Source of the DNA: Mobula hypostoma
Lineage: Eukaryota
DNA length: 64,000 nt
Assembly (NCBI RefSeq): GCF_963921235.1
Contig: NC_086108.1
Location: forward strand, 6,944,001-7,008,000
Direction of reading: 5' to 3'
Position 1 is the stretch's first letter. Each line of letters opens with the position of its first letter. The notes beneath the pieces were generated by a model. The model was not told the DNA's origin, did no database searches, and saw only the letters and a program-made list of their open reading frames with translations. This document shows, one piece after another, positions 10,746 to 23,060 of this stretch. Position numbers and translations under genes: made by a program.

Positions 10746-11138
10746 CCCTGGGAAAAGAAGTAAGAATATTCAGCTATCAATCTATGCTCCTCAAGGATTT
10801 ATAAACCTCAAGTTATTGTGCAGAATGGACATGAAGGGGAGGAGAGGAATTCGAGTTCATGCAGTAAGGCATTAAATGTGGCTCAGTGTTAGAGGATTTC
10901 ACCTGCATTTATAGTCTGTTCCCTGTAATGTGATCCTTTAATCTGAGCCACCTGGCATTGTTGCCATTTATAACACAGGGGAAAAGGTTTTGCACCCTCA
11001 TTTTAATGCCCCCAAAGCCCTAACTTTGAAATGTAATGAAATGTGCAGTTGCACTGCATGAATCACAGTGGCCATGTGTGTACAGCGAACTCCCAGAGAG
11101 AAGTGTGAGAATGACTGGCTAATCTGACACATATTGAT

Positions 11139-11165
11139 TGTGTGTGTGTGTGTGAGAGAGAGAGA
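11139..11165. repeat. Compound (TG)n(AG)n microsatellite
   Basis: Direct reading. Confidence 0.9.
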
Positions 11166-11834
11166 TTAACTTTACTGCTGTTTGCAACAGATTGTTTAAA
11201 TCCACCGAAGAATGTAGATAGAGCTTTGGTTATTAAATTCTGTTGCATTGCACTGGAGATGTTTAGTCAGCACCATCATTTTATTTCTACTTTTGCCATG
11301 CTTATTTAATTTAAATATATATTTGCTGTAATTTTTTCTATTATTACATATTGCATTCAACTGCAAAGTTAACAAAGTTTGTGACCTATGCCCATGATAT
11401 TAAACCTGATTCTGATTCATTTCTCAGTAACACAATACATCTTTGGCTTTACAATACATCTTACGCTCCCTCACTGCTCTATTTTAAAGTTATCCTTTGC
11501 CCTTGCTCCTAAAAACGATGAGCAGTCCTGTTTCCAACATAAAGACACGAATAGGTCTGTATCATGTTGGTGATGCCAAGAAATCCTCTGCCACCCCTAC
11601 ATCCCATGACTATAACGTTCTCCCCGCTTCCTCAATATGATAGAGGCATCCCATAAATACGTTCTGCAGTCTCACCGCTTTGGGTAGTGGAGTTTCCTCT
11701 GAATTCTCACCTGGCTTGTTAACAACTGTCTGATATTTCCGGATGCTCCCACCTGGTAATGTCTTTCTGTTGATAACCATTCTATAAGCATTTGGGGCTT
11801 CTTTTGACATACACAGCCCTACCTCTGGTTAGAA

Positions 11835-12185
11835 CAGAGAAGACTACAGCATAGGAACAGGGCCTTTAGCCCACAATGTTGTACCAAGCCAACTAAAAAA
11901 GTAAATCAAAAAAAACTCCCAAAAACTAATCCCTCCAAGCTACACATGGTCCATATCCCTCCATCATCTTCATGTTCATGTGTCTATCTAAACGTCTCTT
12001 AAAAGTCTGTAATGTATTTGCCTCAGTGCATTCCAGACATCCACCACTCTCCCAGTAAAAAAACTTGCCCCTCACATCCCCTTTCATCTTCGGTGCATGC
12101 CCTCTGGTATTGGGCATTTTCTATAATGGGAAACAGATACTCCCTGTCTACTCTACCTATGCCTCTCATAATCTTATAAACCTTC
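11835..12185 (-). mobile_element. CR1 LINE 3' fragment
   Basis: VYKIMRGIGRVDREYLFP, TRGH and FKRRLDRHM motifs plus the 3' stem-loop. Confidence 0.8.
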
Positions 12186-13414
12186 CAGCAGTATGCACTG
12201 TTAGTTTGTGCAGGGGTGGTGAACCCCTGGCACATGTGCCCAAGGTGGCACATGCAAGAATTTGGTTGGCGTCCAGTATGCAGGGCTGCTGCCCCTAGAG
12301 TCTTTAAACACCACACATAATGAAAAGATGCATATTGATTATCTTTACTGCCAAATGATTTTTCACAACCCAAGAGCAGTGAGATATTTTCACAGAAAGC
12401 ATCTCGGGCCGGTTTGGTGACAGGTAGGCAATTGCAAGAATATCTACCGTAAGGTAATATGGTTTGAAATCATCGCAGACCTGGTGCACACATCAGGATT
12501 TGGTTAGTAAATGGCTACAATAACAATACTATTTAGATATGGTATTTTTCAATTGTCTTTTTAAAAGATTCATCATCACTATGTGTTATGTCATATGACG
12601 TGGGTGATCACTCTCTTTGACCATGATTGTTCTTGGCAATTTTTTTCTACAGAAGTGATTTACCATTGCCATCTTCTGGGCAGTGTCAATAATTCAGGAA
12701 CAGCTTCTTCCCCTCTGTAATTCAATTTCTGAATGGACATTGCACCGATGAAAACTACCTCACTACTTTTTCTTTTCCTCTCTTTTTGCAGTACTTTTAA
12801 AATATATATCTCTTACTGTAATTTAGTTTTTGTGTGTTGCGTTGTACTGCTACTGCTAAGTTAGCAAATCCGCCAGTGATAGTAAACCTGATTCTGATTC
12901 TTCGGTTCGGTGATGGGGCAGGGTATTCATAAGTCTCAATCCTGAGGGCAGAAGCTGTCACCCGGTCCGGCAGTCCTAGTTCTGATGCTCCGTACAGTTA
13001 ATCTGAGACGTTGCTCAGCAGAGCTGCAGGGAGTTGGTGAGCTGAGAAAATTCACAAGGCAACTGGCTCCTACTATGGTCTTCACACATTTCCCGTTAAA
13101 GATAGATAATTACACAGCAAGTGTTACCTCTCTATTAGCTGTTAACTTCTCTCATCAGTGTTTAACAATCTTGCCAACACTAGAAGCATGATGTATCACT
13201 CCAACCTTGGTGCAGTCTCGACAGTTCCTGATTAGTTGTTACTTTTTAGCGCCGACCACTGGGGTTGCACTGATTTTGTTTTTGGCTGTGGGGCTGGGCC
13301 ACCTGCCACTGAATGTTGTGTCATTTAAATGGTGATACGGAACAATTCCTTAAGGTTGTCTTAGCCAAGTGGAAGGAGGTGGGATAATGCAGATAAGGTC
13401 CGCCACCTCACCTG

Positions 13415-14200
13415 CTGGACATCTTCAAGGAGCGATACCTTAGAAAGGAGGCATCCGTCATCAAGGACCCTCCCCCCAACACCCTCTTCTCATTGCTACC
13501 ATCAGGGAGGAGGTACAGGAGCCTGGAGACACACACTCAGTGATTCAGGAACAGCTTCTTCCCCTCTGCCATCCAATTTCTGAATGGACATTGAACCCAT
13601 GAACACTACCTCACTACTTTTTTTTTCTTTTTTCCACCGATTTACTTTACCTTTTTAATATATACTTACTGTAATTTATTTTTTATAGTTATGTATTGCA
13701 ATGTATAATTCCATCCGTTAGTCTTGGAAGACCATGGATCTGCGCCTGGAAAGTCTTCACTCTCCAGGGCACAGGCCTGGGCAAGGTTGTATGGAAGACC
13801 AGCAGTTGCCCATGCTGCAAGTCGTGTGTGTTGGCGAGTGGCCAAGTGGTTAAGGCATTCGTCTAGTGATCTGAAAGTCGCTAGTTCGAGCCTTGGCTGA
13901 GGCAGCGTGTGTGTCCTTGAGCAAGGCACTTAATCACACATTGCTCTGCGACGACACTGGTGCCAAGCTGTATGGGTCCTAATGCCCTTCCCTTGGACAA
14001 CATCGGTGGCGTGGAGAGGGGAGACTTGCAGCATGGGCAACTGCTGGTCTTCCATGCAACCTTGCCCAGGCCTGCTCCCTGGAAACCTTCCAAGGCTCAA
14101 ATCCGTGGTCTCACGAGACTAACGGATGCCCAAAAATTGCAATGTACTGCTACTGCAAAACAAATTTAATGGCATATGCCGGTGGTATTAACTCTGATTC
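13415..14200 (+). mobile_element. Rex1/Babar-like 3' fragment hosting a SINE insertion at 13706-14135
   Basis: Family 3' UTR, split at the duplicated ATTGCAATGTA. Confidence 0.75.
13833..14130 (+). mobile_element. tRNA-derived SINE with CORE-like central block
   Basis: A box TGGCCAAGTGG, B box GTTCGAGCC, and CORE-like GTGTCCTTGAGCAAGGCACTTAA. Confidence 0.8.
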
Positions 14201-14204
14201 TGTT

Positions 14205-14460
14205 AAATGCTACCAATGGTGTGCATCTCAGATAGCCTCTGACAACCAAGTCCAGCTCCTGGCCTTCATGTGTGGCTTAGCTACTAAGCCTGGTGGAACT
14301 ATTTTTACTGACAGGAGAAGGGGCAAAGGTGGGTTACTGGGGCCTTCAAAAACAAGTTGCTTCAGGCAGTCTGGGCTAATCAGCCAAGATTGGCAGCTCA
14401 TCTAGGAGAAGGAAAACTCTGATCTCAAACCTCCGCTGCCTTGCAGCTGTAACCACTCGT
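14205..14460 (+). mobile_element. RTE-clade LINE 5' UTR-like fragment
   Basis: CTAGGAGAAGGAAAACTCTGATCTCAAACCTCCGCTGCCTTG resembles RTE 5' UTRs; recognised by eye. Confidence 0.5.
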
Positions 14461-14779
14461 AGTGCAATCTACCTTGTTATGATCTTGCACTTTATCGTTT
14501 GCCAGCATTGTGTTTTTTTTTTAGTAGCTTTTACAGTTGATTCTGCATTATTATTGTACCTCTATGTACTGTGTAATGATTTGGTCTGTATGAACAGTAT
14601 TCAAGACAAGCTTTTCACTGTATGTTGGTACATGTGACAATAATAAACCAATTCCAATACCAATACATGATTGGTAGCAGTGCTTTGAGCAGTCTGGGCC
14701 TTGAGTTGTAGAATTCCTTCCCAAAACACATTCCTTTAAGATGCTCAAAACTTAATCAGCCCATTTGCCCTGTTCTCAG

Positions 14780-15900
14780 TGAAGAGCACCTTGGTGTTCA
14801 CATAACAGATAATTTAACCTGGACCCACAACATCGCTTCATTAATCAAACTTGTGTAGATGAGTATACTGACTGACTGCATCACAGCCTGGTATGGAAAC
14901 ACCAATGCCCTTGAATGGAAAATCCCAGAAAAAGTAGAGAATATGGCCAAGTCCATCACAGGAAAAGCCCTTCCCACCGTTGAGCACATAAAACACTGTT
15001 GCGGAAAAGCAGCATCCATCATCGGGGCACCCCACCACCCAAGGCATGCTTTCTTCTCACTGCTGCCATCAGGAAGAAAGTACAGTTACCTCGGGACTCA
15101 AACCACCAGGTTCAGGAAGAGTTACTACCCTTAACCATCAGGCTCTTGAACCAAAAGGGATAAATTCACTCAATTTCACTTGCCCCATTATTGAAATATT
15201 CCCACAACCAATGGGCTGTCTTTAAAGGACTCTTTATCTCATGTTTTCGATATTTATTGCTTATTTATTTATTATTATTTGCCCAGTTTGTTGTCTTTTG
15301 CAGACTGGTTGAACACCTAAGTTGGTGTGATCTTCATAGATTCTGTTACAGTGTTTATTCTTTGGTTTATTGAGCATGCTGGCAAGACAATGAACCTCAG
15401 GGTTGTATATGGTGACATATATGTATGCTGATAATAAATTTATTGTGAAGGCACAGCAGTATCTACACTTGCTGAGTGGACTGAGGCGTGCAAGGCTCCT
15501 CACCCCCATTCTACTAACTTTCTACAGAAGCACCACTGAGAGTGTCTTGTCTAGTTGCATAATTGTGTGGTACAGAAGCTACAAAGCATTACACCGCAAG
15601 ACCCTACAGAGAATGGTAAAAACTAATGGAAGCCGAGAGGATCACCGGGGTCTCCCTACACCCTATTTGTGACATTTGCTGGGAGTGTTGTATACAAATG
15701 GCTCGAAGCCTTGTTGGGGAACCCTACCAGCCAGTCACTAGTCACTAGTTCAGCAAGCTGTTTACTGCACACTGTGTACAATTCAAATTATATTTTACTA
15801 ACTTATTTGTGGTAAGATTTTATTTTGTGGATAGACCGTGGTCTGGAGGAACGTTGTTTCGTTTCGGTGTATATATGTACAGTCAGATGTCATTAAACCT
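14780..15900 (+). mobile_element. Two adjacent Rex1/Babar-like 3' fragments
   Basis: SILTDCITAWYGN...LLPSGRKY and KAQQYLHLL...TFYRSTTESVLSSCI. Confidence 0.8.
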
Positions 15901-17099
15901 GAAGTTCCAGTTTAATTGTCTTTCAAACATACATAGATACAGCCAAAAGAAACAACATTCCTCTGGGCCTAGGTGCAAAACACAGTACGAACAGTAATAC
16001 ACAGCGCAAAGCACATATAGCACATATAAGATACCAGTAAAACATACAGTCACACTAAAGAATATATTTCTAGAGACCAAGGCCCTGAGTGACATGTCCT
16101 ATAAATTGATGGAGCATGGGTGCAATTGGCAAGACCAGGCAATTCTCAGTGGTCTGCAGATAAACGTACATACGTGCGCAATCCCACTTGGTATTCTACC
16201 AATTGACCACTGGAGGGCAGCACCAACAGGAGGGGTAGCCCCTCAACCCAGCATGGATGGCACGCTACACCACCTTCAGCGTCCCCTCTTCTGGACTGCT
16301 GCAACAGGCAAACCTGTGGTTTGAGGCCTAGTCCTCTTTACGACTGAGGCCACGCAGCTCCCCGGTGTCTGTCTTATTGATAAACGAGGGAAACTGACTT
16401 GCAGCATTTTATATTATCAAGAGATTGCAAGAGAAACATCCAAGACAATCACTCGTTGTTGGACTGCCTACCACTTTTGTGCACTGATTCCGATGTCTTC
16501 TTGTAGCAGGCATTAACACGGTCCAGCTTCTCTACCAGCGAGCGTCTCACTGACGGAGTAGACAATTGTCCTGCGATTGTTTATTAAAAAAAGACATAAA
16601 CAGGTTTGGCTGAACTTGAACCTTTCATGTTTTCAAGGATTATCTAAAATGCCTCAGGATGTTTTGTGTGTGGAAAGTGCTACAGACATACACATTGTGT
16701 GTAGGATGTCAGAGAATTACGTAACAACGAAGGTTTCTGTAATGTGGGCCCCAATGAAGTCTGCTTGAACCGATTTGGAACTGGTTAATATAATTGCTTC
16801 TGAATGAAAGTGGTGTGTGGGAAGTTTTTCCTCTTCGTCTGATATGACAGCACGAAACTGTTGTAGGAATCAACAGTCAAATTGTCCAGTCAATCTTTGT
16901 ACAGGTTTGGACATGAGTTTGGCATTAGTCAGACATTAATTTTTTGCCTAGTGTTTTGGGTCCCCGACGTTCATTAACACATCACACCTAACAATATGTT
17001 TTTAATTTTTGAATTTGGGAACACTTTTTAGCTCATTTTTGGTTCTTTGTTTCGTGGCTGCCTGTAAAGAGATGAATCTCAAGATTGTATAATGTATAG

Positions 17100-17510
17100 C
17101 AGCCTGCTATGCTGGTAGCGTTTAGGGCAACAATGAAGATCCTCCATCTCTGACTCTGTTCAGGGCTTCCTTCGTCATATCAGGAGCTTCCCCTCTGTTT
17201 TTACCACTGTCAGTCATGCGAATCCTGGGAGGAGACTCAGGAATACTGTCGTATTCAGCTGTAGAGGATTCTTCATTGCTATAGCAATTCTATTTGACCA
17301 GTCTGGTTCATTAGTCCTGAGCTAAACCTCCAAACCTGGAGGACAGGTGGGCCGCTCTTCATCTGTCCTTTCCCCTTTGACCTGTTTGGCATGGGTGATC
17401 CTACTAAGAGCCAAAACATAAAGCCCTGACTCCAGCCAACATAGCTCTCCGGGTCATTGACACACAAGCGTCCAAACCCCATGACAAGGTTGTGGACTTT
17501 TTGGAGGAAT
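17100..17510 (-). mobile_element. Non-autonomous RTE-derived element (related copies about 39450-39560 and 46315-46690)
   Basis: The reverse complement begins CCACAACCTTGTCATGGGGTTTGG...AATGACCCGGAGAGCTATGTTGG, like RTE/Expander 5' UTRs. It occurs three times in the window. Confidence 0.6.
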
Positions 17511-18019
17511 GTATACGTACTTCGAGAATAAATGTACTTTGACAGAGATTTACCCTTGAATTGGGTTAGCAAGTGTTTCTCTTGAGCAGTTTATATGCCG
17601 TTAGTGTAATTGTCCAGTTTAATTCTTGGAATTTCAGGGTCCTTTGATGCTGCTGATGTGTTGGTATCCAAAGCTACTGCAGAGGCCATGTCACAGGATA
17701 AATGTCCTCATACGAGCTCTTGCTTTGTGTAGTAATCTTAATAGGGCATCATTTCGATTAGTAGTCTGCCAGTTATTTCAGGTTGTTCATATATTTTTTG
17801 GATCTCTGAAGGAAGATCAGCAGATGTGCATTCTAATATCCTGCTGCTTGAGCTTGTGTGTGTGCTGTGCAATAGGATAGAATGCCCCTAGGTATACTTT
17901 ACAGTGGTCTTGTAAGTGTAGGAATAATTACTATTGAACCATTGAAGTAGAAGCTATCTGTAGATTATCAATTCCCCCAATGCTCCAGTAACTTCTATCA
18001 CACCTCACTCCATTGTATT

Positions 18020-20772
18020 TATATTCAATATTCAGGAGGGATAGACATGAAGGAAGGGGAGGTGGGGTGGCGTTGCTGGTTAAAGAGGAGATTAACGCAA
18101 TAGAAAGGAAGGACATAAGCCGGGAAGATGTGGAATCGATATGGGTAGAGCTGCGTAACACTAAGGGGCAGAAGACTGGTGGGAGTTGTGTACAGGCCAC
18201 CTAACAGTAGTAGTGAGGTCGGAGATGGTATTAAACAGGAAATTAGAAATGTGTGCAATAAAGGAACAGCAGTTATAATGGGTGACTTCAATCTACATGT
18301 AGATTGGGTGAACCAAATTGGTAAAGGTGCTGAGGAAGAGGATTTCTTGGAATGTATGCAGGATGGTTTTTTGAACCAACATGTCGAGGAACCAACTAGA
18401 GAGCAGGCTATTCTGGACTGGGTTTTGAGCAATGAGGAAGGGTTAATTAGCAATCTTGTCGTGAGAGGCCCCTTGGGTAAGAGTGACCATAATATGGTGG
18501 AATTCTTCATTAAGATGGAGAGTGACATAGTTAATTCAGAAACAAAGGTTCTGAACTTAAAGAGGGGTAACTTTGAAGGTATGAGACGTGAATTAGCTAA
18601 GATAGACTGGCAAATGACACTTAAAGGATTGACGGTGGATATGCAATGGCAAGTATTTAAAGGTTGCATGGATGAACTACAACAATTGTTCATCCCAGTT
18701 TGGCAAAAGAATAAATCAAGGAAGGTAGTGCACCCGTGGCTGACAAGAGAAATTAGGGATAGTATCAATTCCAAAGAAGAAGCATACAAATTAGCCAGAG
18801 AAAGTGGCTCATCTGAGGACTGGGAGAAATTCAGAGTTCAGCAGAGGAGGACAAAGGGCTTAATTAGGAAGGGGAAAAAAGATTATGAGAGAAAACTGGC
18901 AGGGAACATAAAAACTGACTGTAAAAGCTTTTATAGATATGTAAAAAGGAAAAGACTGGTAAAGACAAATGTAGGTCCCCTGCAGACAGAAACAGGTGAA
19001 TTGATTATGGGGAGCAAGGACATGGCAGACCAATTGAATAATTACTTTGGTTCTGTCTTCACTAAGGAGGACATCAGTAATCTTCCAGAAATAGTAGGGG
19101 ACAGAGGGTCCAGTGAGATGGAGGAACTGAGCGAAATACACGTTAGTAGGGAAGTGGTGTTAGGTAAATTGAAGGGATTGAAGGCAGATAAATCTCCAGG
19201 GCCAGATGGTCTGCATCCTAGAGTGCTTAAGGAAATAGCCCAAGAAATAGTGGATGCATTAGTGATAATTTTTCAAAACTCGTTAGATTCTGGACTAGTT
19301 CCTGAGGATTGGAGGGTGGCTAATGTAACTCCACTTTTTAAAAAAGGAGGGAGAGAGAAACCGGGGAATTATAGACCGGTTAGCCTAACGTCGGTGGTGG
19401 GGAAACTGCTGGAGTCAGTTATCAAGGATGTGATAACAGCACATTTGGAAAGCGGTGAAATCATCGGACAAAGTCAGCATGGATTTGTGAAAGGAAAATC
19501 ATGTCTGACGAATCTCATAGAATTTTTTGAGGATGTAACTAGTAGAGTGGATAGGGGAGAACCAGTGGATGTGGTATATTTGGATTTTCAAAAGGCTTTT
19601 GACAAGGTCCCACACAGGAGATTAGTGTGCAAACTTAAAGCACACGGTATTGGGGGTAAGGTATTGGTGTGGGTGGAGAATTGGTTAGCAGACAGGAAGC
19701 AAAGAGTGGGAATAAACGGGACCTTTTCAGAATGGCAGGCGGTGACTAGTGGGGTACCGCAAGGCTCAGTGCTGGGACCCCAGTTGTTTACAATATATAT
19801 TAATGACTTGGATGAGGGAATTAAATGCAGCATCTCCAAGTTTGCGGATGACACAAAGCTGGGTGGCAGTGTTAGCAGTGAGGAGGATGCTAAGAGGATG
19901 CAGGGTGACTTGGATAGGTTGGGTGAGTGGGCAAATTCATGGCAGATGCAATTTAATGTGGATAAATGTGAAGTTATCCACTTTGGTGGCAAAAATAGGA
20001 AAACAGATTATTATCTGAATGGTGGCCGATTAGGAAAAGGGGAGGTGCAACGAGACCTGGGTGTCATTATACACCAGTCATTGAAAGTGGGCATGCAGGT
20101 ACAGCAGGTGGTGAAAAAGGCGAATGGTATGCTGGCATTTATAGCGAGAGGATTTGAGTACAGGAGCAGGGAGGTACTACTGCAGTTGTACAAGGCCTTG
20201 GTGAGACCACACCTGGAGTATTGTGTGCAGTTTTGGTCCCCTAATCTGAGGAAAGACATCCTTGCCTTAGAGGGAGTACAAAGAAGGTTCACCAGATTGA
20301 TTCCTGGGATGGCAGGACTTCCATATGAAGAAAGACTGGATGAACTGGGCTTGTACTCATTGGAATTTAGAAGATTGAGGGGGGATCTGATTGAAACGTA
20401 TAAAATCCTAAAGGGATTGGACAGGCTAGATGCAGGAAGATTGTTCCCGATGTTGGGGAAGTCCAGAACGAGGGGCCACAGTTTGAGGATAGAGGGGAAG
20501 CCTTTTAGGACCGAGATTAGGAAAAACTTCTTCACACAGAGAGTGGTGAATCTGTGGAATTCTCTGCCACAGGAAACAGTTGAGGCCAGTTCATTGGCTA
20601 TATTTAAGAGGGAGTTAGATATGGCCCTTGTGGCTATGGGGATCAGAGGGTATGGAGGGAAGGCTGGGGCGGGGTTCTGAGTTGGATGATCAGCCATGAT
20701 CATAATAAATGGCGGTGCAGGCTCGAAGGGCCAAATGGCCTACTCCTGCACCTATTTTCTATGTTTCTATGT
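18020..20772 (+). mobile_element. CR1 (HER1-like) LINE, 5'-truncated, near-intact ORF2
   Basis: APE and RT domains, 3' UTR stem-loop GGTGCAGG...GGGCCAAATGGCCT...CCTGCACC, and a (TTTCTATG)2 tail. Confidence 0.95.
18179..20680 (+). CDS. CR1 ORF2 polyprotein: partial APE endonuclease + reverse transcriptase (833 aa open frame, N-terminus lost)
   Basis: Motifs YRPP, MGDFN, LDWVL, SDHN, KSPGPDG, NYRPVSLTS, LDFQKAFDKV, GVPQGSVLGP, KFADDTKL. Upstream endonuclease residues (IFRRDR..GGGVALLVK) lie in another frame, giving one frameshift near 18175. Confidence 0.9.
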   Translation: MGVVYRPPNSSSEVGDGIKQEIRNVCNKGTAVIMGDFNLHVDWVNQIGKGAEEEDFLECMQDGFLNQHVEEPTREQAILDWVLSNEEGLISNLVVRGPLGKSDHNMVEFFIKMESDIVNSETKVLNLKRGNFEGMRRELAKIDWQMTLKGLTVDMQWQVFKGCMDELQQLFIPVWQKNKSRKVVHPWLTREIRDSINSKEEAYKLARESGSSEDWEKFRVQQRRTKGLIRKGKKDYERKLAGNIKTDCKSFYRYVKRKRLVKTNVGPLQTETGELIMGSKDMADQLNNYFGSVFTKEDISNLPEIVGDRGSSEMEELSEIHVSREVVLGKLKGLKADKSPGPDGLHPRVLKEIAQEIVDALVIIFQNSLDSGLVPEDWRVANVTPLFKKGGREKPGNYRPVSLTSVVGKLLESVIKDVITAHLESGEIIGQSQHGFVKGKSCLTNLIEFFEDVTSRVDRGEPVDVVYLDFQKAFDKVPHRRLVCKLKAHGIGGKVLVWVENWLADRKQRVGINGTFSEWQAVTSGVPQGSVLGPQLFTIYINDLDEGIKCSISKFADDTKLGGSVSSEEDAKRMQGDLDRLGEWANSWQMQFNVDKCEVIHFGGKNRKTDYYLNGGRLGKGEVQRDLGVIIHQSLKVGMQVQQVVKKANGMLAFIARGFEYRSREVLLQLYKALVRPHLEYCVQFWSPNLRKDILALEGVQRRFTRLIPGMAGLPYEERLDELGLYSLEFRRLRGDLIETYKILKGLDRLDAGRLFPMLGKSRTRGHSLRIEGKPFRTEIRKNFFTQRVVNLWNSLPQETVEASSLAIFKRELDMALVAMGIRGYGGKAGAGF

Positions 20773-21159
20773 AACAGGCTGCATCCCTGTCTGGTATGGA
20801 GCGGCCACTGCACAGGATCGAAATAAGCTGCAGGAAGTTGTCAACTCAGTCAGCTCCATCATAGACGCTAGCTCCCCGAGCATCCAGGACATCTTCAAGG
20901 AGCGGTAAGCAAAAGATGCAAAAAAAACAAGGATACTTTACTTTCATATTTATTTTAAATATTTCACCTTTTTTAATTGTATGAATATCAGTCCATAAAG
21001 TCAAGTGAAAGAATATAAATGTAAGGTGCATGTTGTTCCTCAAACTCCTCTTAGGATCATCAACAAATGGACCTTTTATAGGAACCTATGTCTAATTCTA
21101 GCCTTATAAGAGAATTATATATTTAACTTAACCAAACATCCAACACTTCTTACATTTAA

Positions 21160-21590
21160 GATTCAAATTCAAGCTTGTTTAATGTCATTTCCAGTACATA
21201 AGTGTAAAGGAAAACAAAATAATTATTACTTCGGATCTAATACAGCACAAAAAACAATAAGATAAAGAACACAATAATAAAAAAAAATCCCACCTTAAAT
21301 ATTAATACATAAAACAGCTTATTTACCTAGATTGACTATGTTCATAAAGTGACGCTCGGCACAGGAGTGTCTGTATGTAAGGTGACTGACAGGAAATGAT
21401 AAAGTAGTGGTGGTTAGGGGTGTGGTGGGGTGGGTTTGCAGGTGGAGGTGTTGATCAGCCTTATTGCTTGGGGAAAGTAACTTTTTTTGAGTCTGGTGGT
21501 CCTGGCGTGGATGCTATGAAGCCTCCTCCCTAATGGGAGTGGGACAAAGCAGAGTGGGTGGAATCGTTCATGATGTTACTGGCCCTTTGC
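21160..21590 (-). mobile_element. Rex1/Babar-like 3' fragment
   Basis: PLPLGRRLHSIHARTTRLKKSYFPQAIRLIN on the minus strand, plus tail. Confidence 0.7.
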
Positions 21591-21999
21591 AGTTTCCACA
21601 TCATGCAGTGCTGTGAGTATAGATGTGCATGAGAGTGCTTTCAAGTGAAAATTGATACAACGCCACTGGACATTAAGCAGCTGACAAAAAGTTTGGTGAA
21701 AAGAGCAAGGAAAGTTTTCTAAGTTTAGTATGGTAATTCCAGAGTATATGCACAGGTGCTATTAATGAAGATATTTGAGATCAGAATTGAGCACGGAGAT
21801 CCAAAGGGTTGTGGTATTGAAGAATGTTGCAGACTTATGGGTGAGCATGGCCATAAAATATTTTAAAAGGATGAGAATTGTAAAATCAAAGTATTGCAGT
21901 GTTGAGAAGCTGTGGATGGGCATAATGTGCAAGCGTTCAGCTTTCTCTCTCATTGTGCATTCTAGATTTGGGCTAAAAGATTTCAAAAGACTATTTCAA

Positions 22000-22200
22000 G
22001 CGGTTGGGTTGAGGTGTTCTCCGATCTTGACAATTTACTTGCAAATGTTTCATGACCATGCAAGCAGACATCATCGGTGCACTGTTGATTGTGCTGTGTC
22101 CTCCAAATGCTTGGCCTTTACATACGTCAAACAGCTGATTGCTCATCTCTACTGAAACTCACTTGTGATGTGGGGAGGAAATATCATCACTGGCTACTTC
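22000..22200 (-). mobile_element. PLE family 2 pLTR fragment with degenerate hammerhead (22040-22081)
   Basis: Homologous to 2345-2510. Confidence 0.65.
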
Positions 22201-22309
22201 AAATGGAAATAAGCAAAATAGTTCTTCATTGGTATGTCAAATGTAATACACAATACTCCCTAGAAGTTTTAAGTTTAAGAGGCTGCATAAATGGAGGTAA
22301 TTGCTGTTT

Positions 22310-22670
22310 GTTTGGGCCTAGAGCGGAAGAGAATTAAAGGAGATTTGACAGAGGTATACAAATTATGAGGGACATAGAGTAACTACAAGCAGGCTTTTTC
22401 CACTGAAGTTGGGTGAGACTACAACATGGGTTAAGGGTGAAAGGTGAAATGTTTAAGGTGACCATGAGGGAGAACTTCACTCAGATGGTGGTGGGAGTGC
22501 GGAACCAGCTGCCAGCGGAAGTGTTGGATATGGGGTCAATTTCAACGTTTAAGTGAAATTTGGATGGGTACATGGATGGGGGTGGTATGGAGTGCTATGG
22601 TCTGTTTGCAGATTAGCATGAACTAAATGGGCCGAAGGGCCCACTTCAGTGACTATGACTCTAAGACTCT
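22310..22670 (+). mobile_element. CR1 LINE 3' fragment
   Basis: LKGDLTEVYKIMR motif, GGGCCGAAGGGCC stem-loop and (GACTCTA)n tail. Confidence 0.8.
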
Positions 22671-23060
22671 ATAACCATGGGAACTTTTTATAACATAGCC
22701 AAGACTCTTAGACACTTAGTGAGGGTTTTTCCACTTTGTTTGTGTACCTTTTCCTTTTTAGAGACTCCAGTTGGTGGAATGGGTTAGGCACTGGAATTTT
22801 CTCCTCATAACCTTTACAGCAATGTTGAAGCTGATGGGGAAAATGTTTCAGTTGAAGACAAAATAGAATCTACTGTAGGTGCTCATTGGAGCTATGAGGC
22901 AGCTTCGACAGATGGTTTAACTTGAGATAGTTTTATGGATGGAAGCTGAAGGTGCTTGTTCCATTAGCTTTGTTGATGACAAAAGTTAAATCTCTCTCCC
23001 ACCATCCACCCCGACTTACTGGCCGCATCTTGCTTTGCCTGCAGCGTGTACTGAAACTAG

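Noticed and set aside
13833..13910. tRNA gene
   Set aside because: A and B boxes are present, but there is no clean cloverleaf and the sequence runs into a SINE body.
14240..14300. HDV-like ribozyme in the RTE-like 5' UTR
   Set aside because: I could only find a simple hairpin (GGCTTAG/CTAAGCC), not the nested double pseudoknot.
18025..20703. Long minus-strand ORFs (254, 134 and 230 aa)
   Set aside because: They are antisense shadows of the intact CR1 ORF2 with no independent protein features.
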